The position numbers and the translations under genes were made by a program. Source: Nitrosomonas europaea (GTDB lineage Bacteria > Pseudomonadota > Gammaproteobacteria > Burkholderiales > Nitrosomonadaceae). From it: a DNA stretch of 32,000 nucleotides. The DNA is taken from positions 31,053-63,052 of the forward strand of contig NZ_FUWK01000010.1 of assembly GCF_900167395.1 (NCBI RefSeq), written 5' to 3'. This document shows, in pieces, positions 31,895 through 32,000 of the stretch (position 1 is its first letter; every line of letters begins with the position of its first letter). The notes below the pieces were generated by a model. The model did not search any database. It had not been told where the DNA came from and saw only the letters and a program-made list of their open reading frames with translations.

Positions 31895-31922
31895 GGGACT
31901 AAACACCTAGGTGTTTAGTCCC
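31895..31922. repeat. perfect 28-bp palindrome GGGACTAAACACCT|AGGTGTTTAGTCCC
   Basis: Read directly from the sequence. The right arm encodes the last residues and the stop codon of the minus-strand transposase fragment. Confidence 0.9.
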
Positions 31923-32000
31923 ACTTTGTGATGGTATGGATTGATGATAAAACGTTCAGGTTCGTTTTGCCAGCATTTGATGATGTATTCGTAAGGTGTG
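31907..32000 (-). mobile_element. 3' end of an rve/DDE-type IS transposase (IS481-like by recollection), continues beyond the window
   Basis: Minus-strand frame 31999..31907 reads TPYEYIIKCWQNEPERFIINPYHHKVGLNT*. This matches the ..LKGLTPYEF(I/L).K.W...PERF..NP.H...GLN(T/I)* C-terminus I recall from IS481-group integrase-core transposases. It is too short for the ORF track. Confidence 0.55.

Overview
This is a chromosomal window from a proteobacterium with roughly half G+C by eye. Gene content and protein sequences look betaproteobacterial and, from memory only, Nitrosomonas-like; that is an inference I cannot verify here. From about 6.1 to 31.9 kb the window is densely packed core metabolism. 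In order: a TonB-dependent receptor followed by a decayed PepSY/PiuB-type gene remnant, yggX, ppk, a minus-strand tkt-gap-pgk-pyk-fba sugar-phosphate (Calvin cycle/glycolysis) cluster, tRNA-Ser(UGA), a hopanoid side-chain module (hpnH-hpnB-hpnM), a co-directional gyrA-serC-serA-pheA-hisC-tyrA block, and a convergent DUF484-xerC pair. The right edge carries the 3' end of an rve/DDE-type transposase (not in the ORF track) whose stop codon lies inside a perfect 28-bp palindrome. The left 6 kb is the only accessory-looking part. It holds a 5'-truncated cupredoxin/multicopper-oxidase-like ORF, a DUF89 (ARMT1-type) protein, a SARP (wHTH+BTAD) regulator, a 753-bp low-GC divergent intergenic region, an orphan Mu-repressor-like/S24-like protein whose nucleophilic Ser is replaced by Gly, and a small putative secreted protein followed by a GNAT acetyltransferase. 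I found no CRISPR array, no defence-type cassette and no convincing novel multi-gene system. The most unusual items are the Ser-less S24 repressor homologue with its oversized control region, the SARP/DUF89/Cu-protein neighbourhood, the PepSY relic and the IS/palindrome junction. All functional calls rest on motif recognition by eye, and no database search was run.
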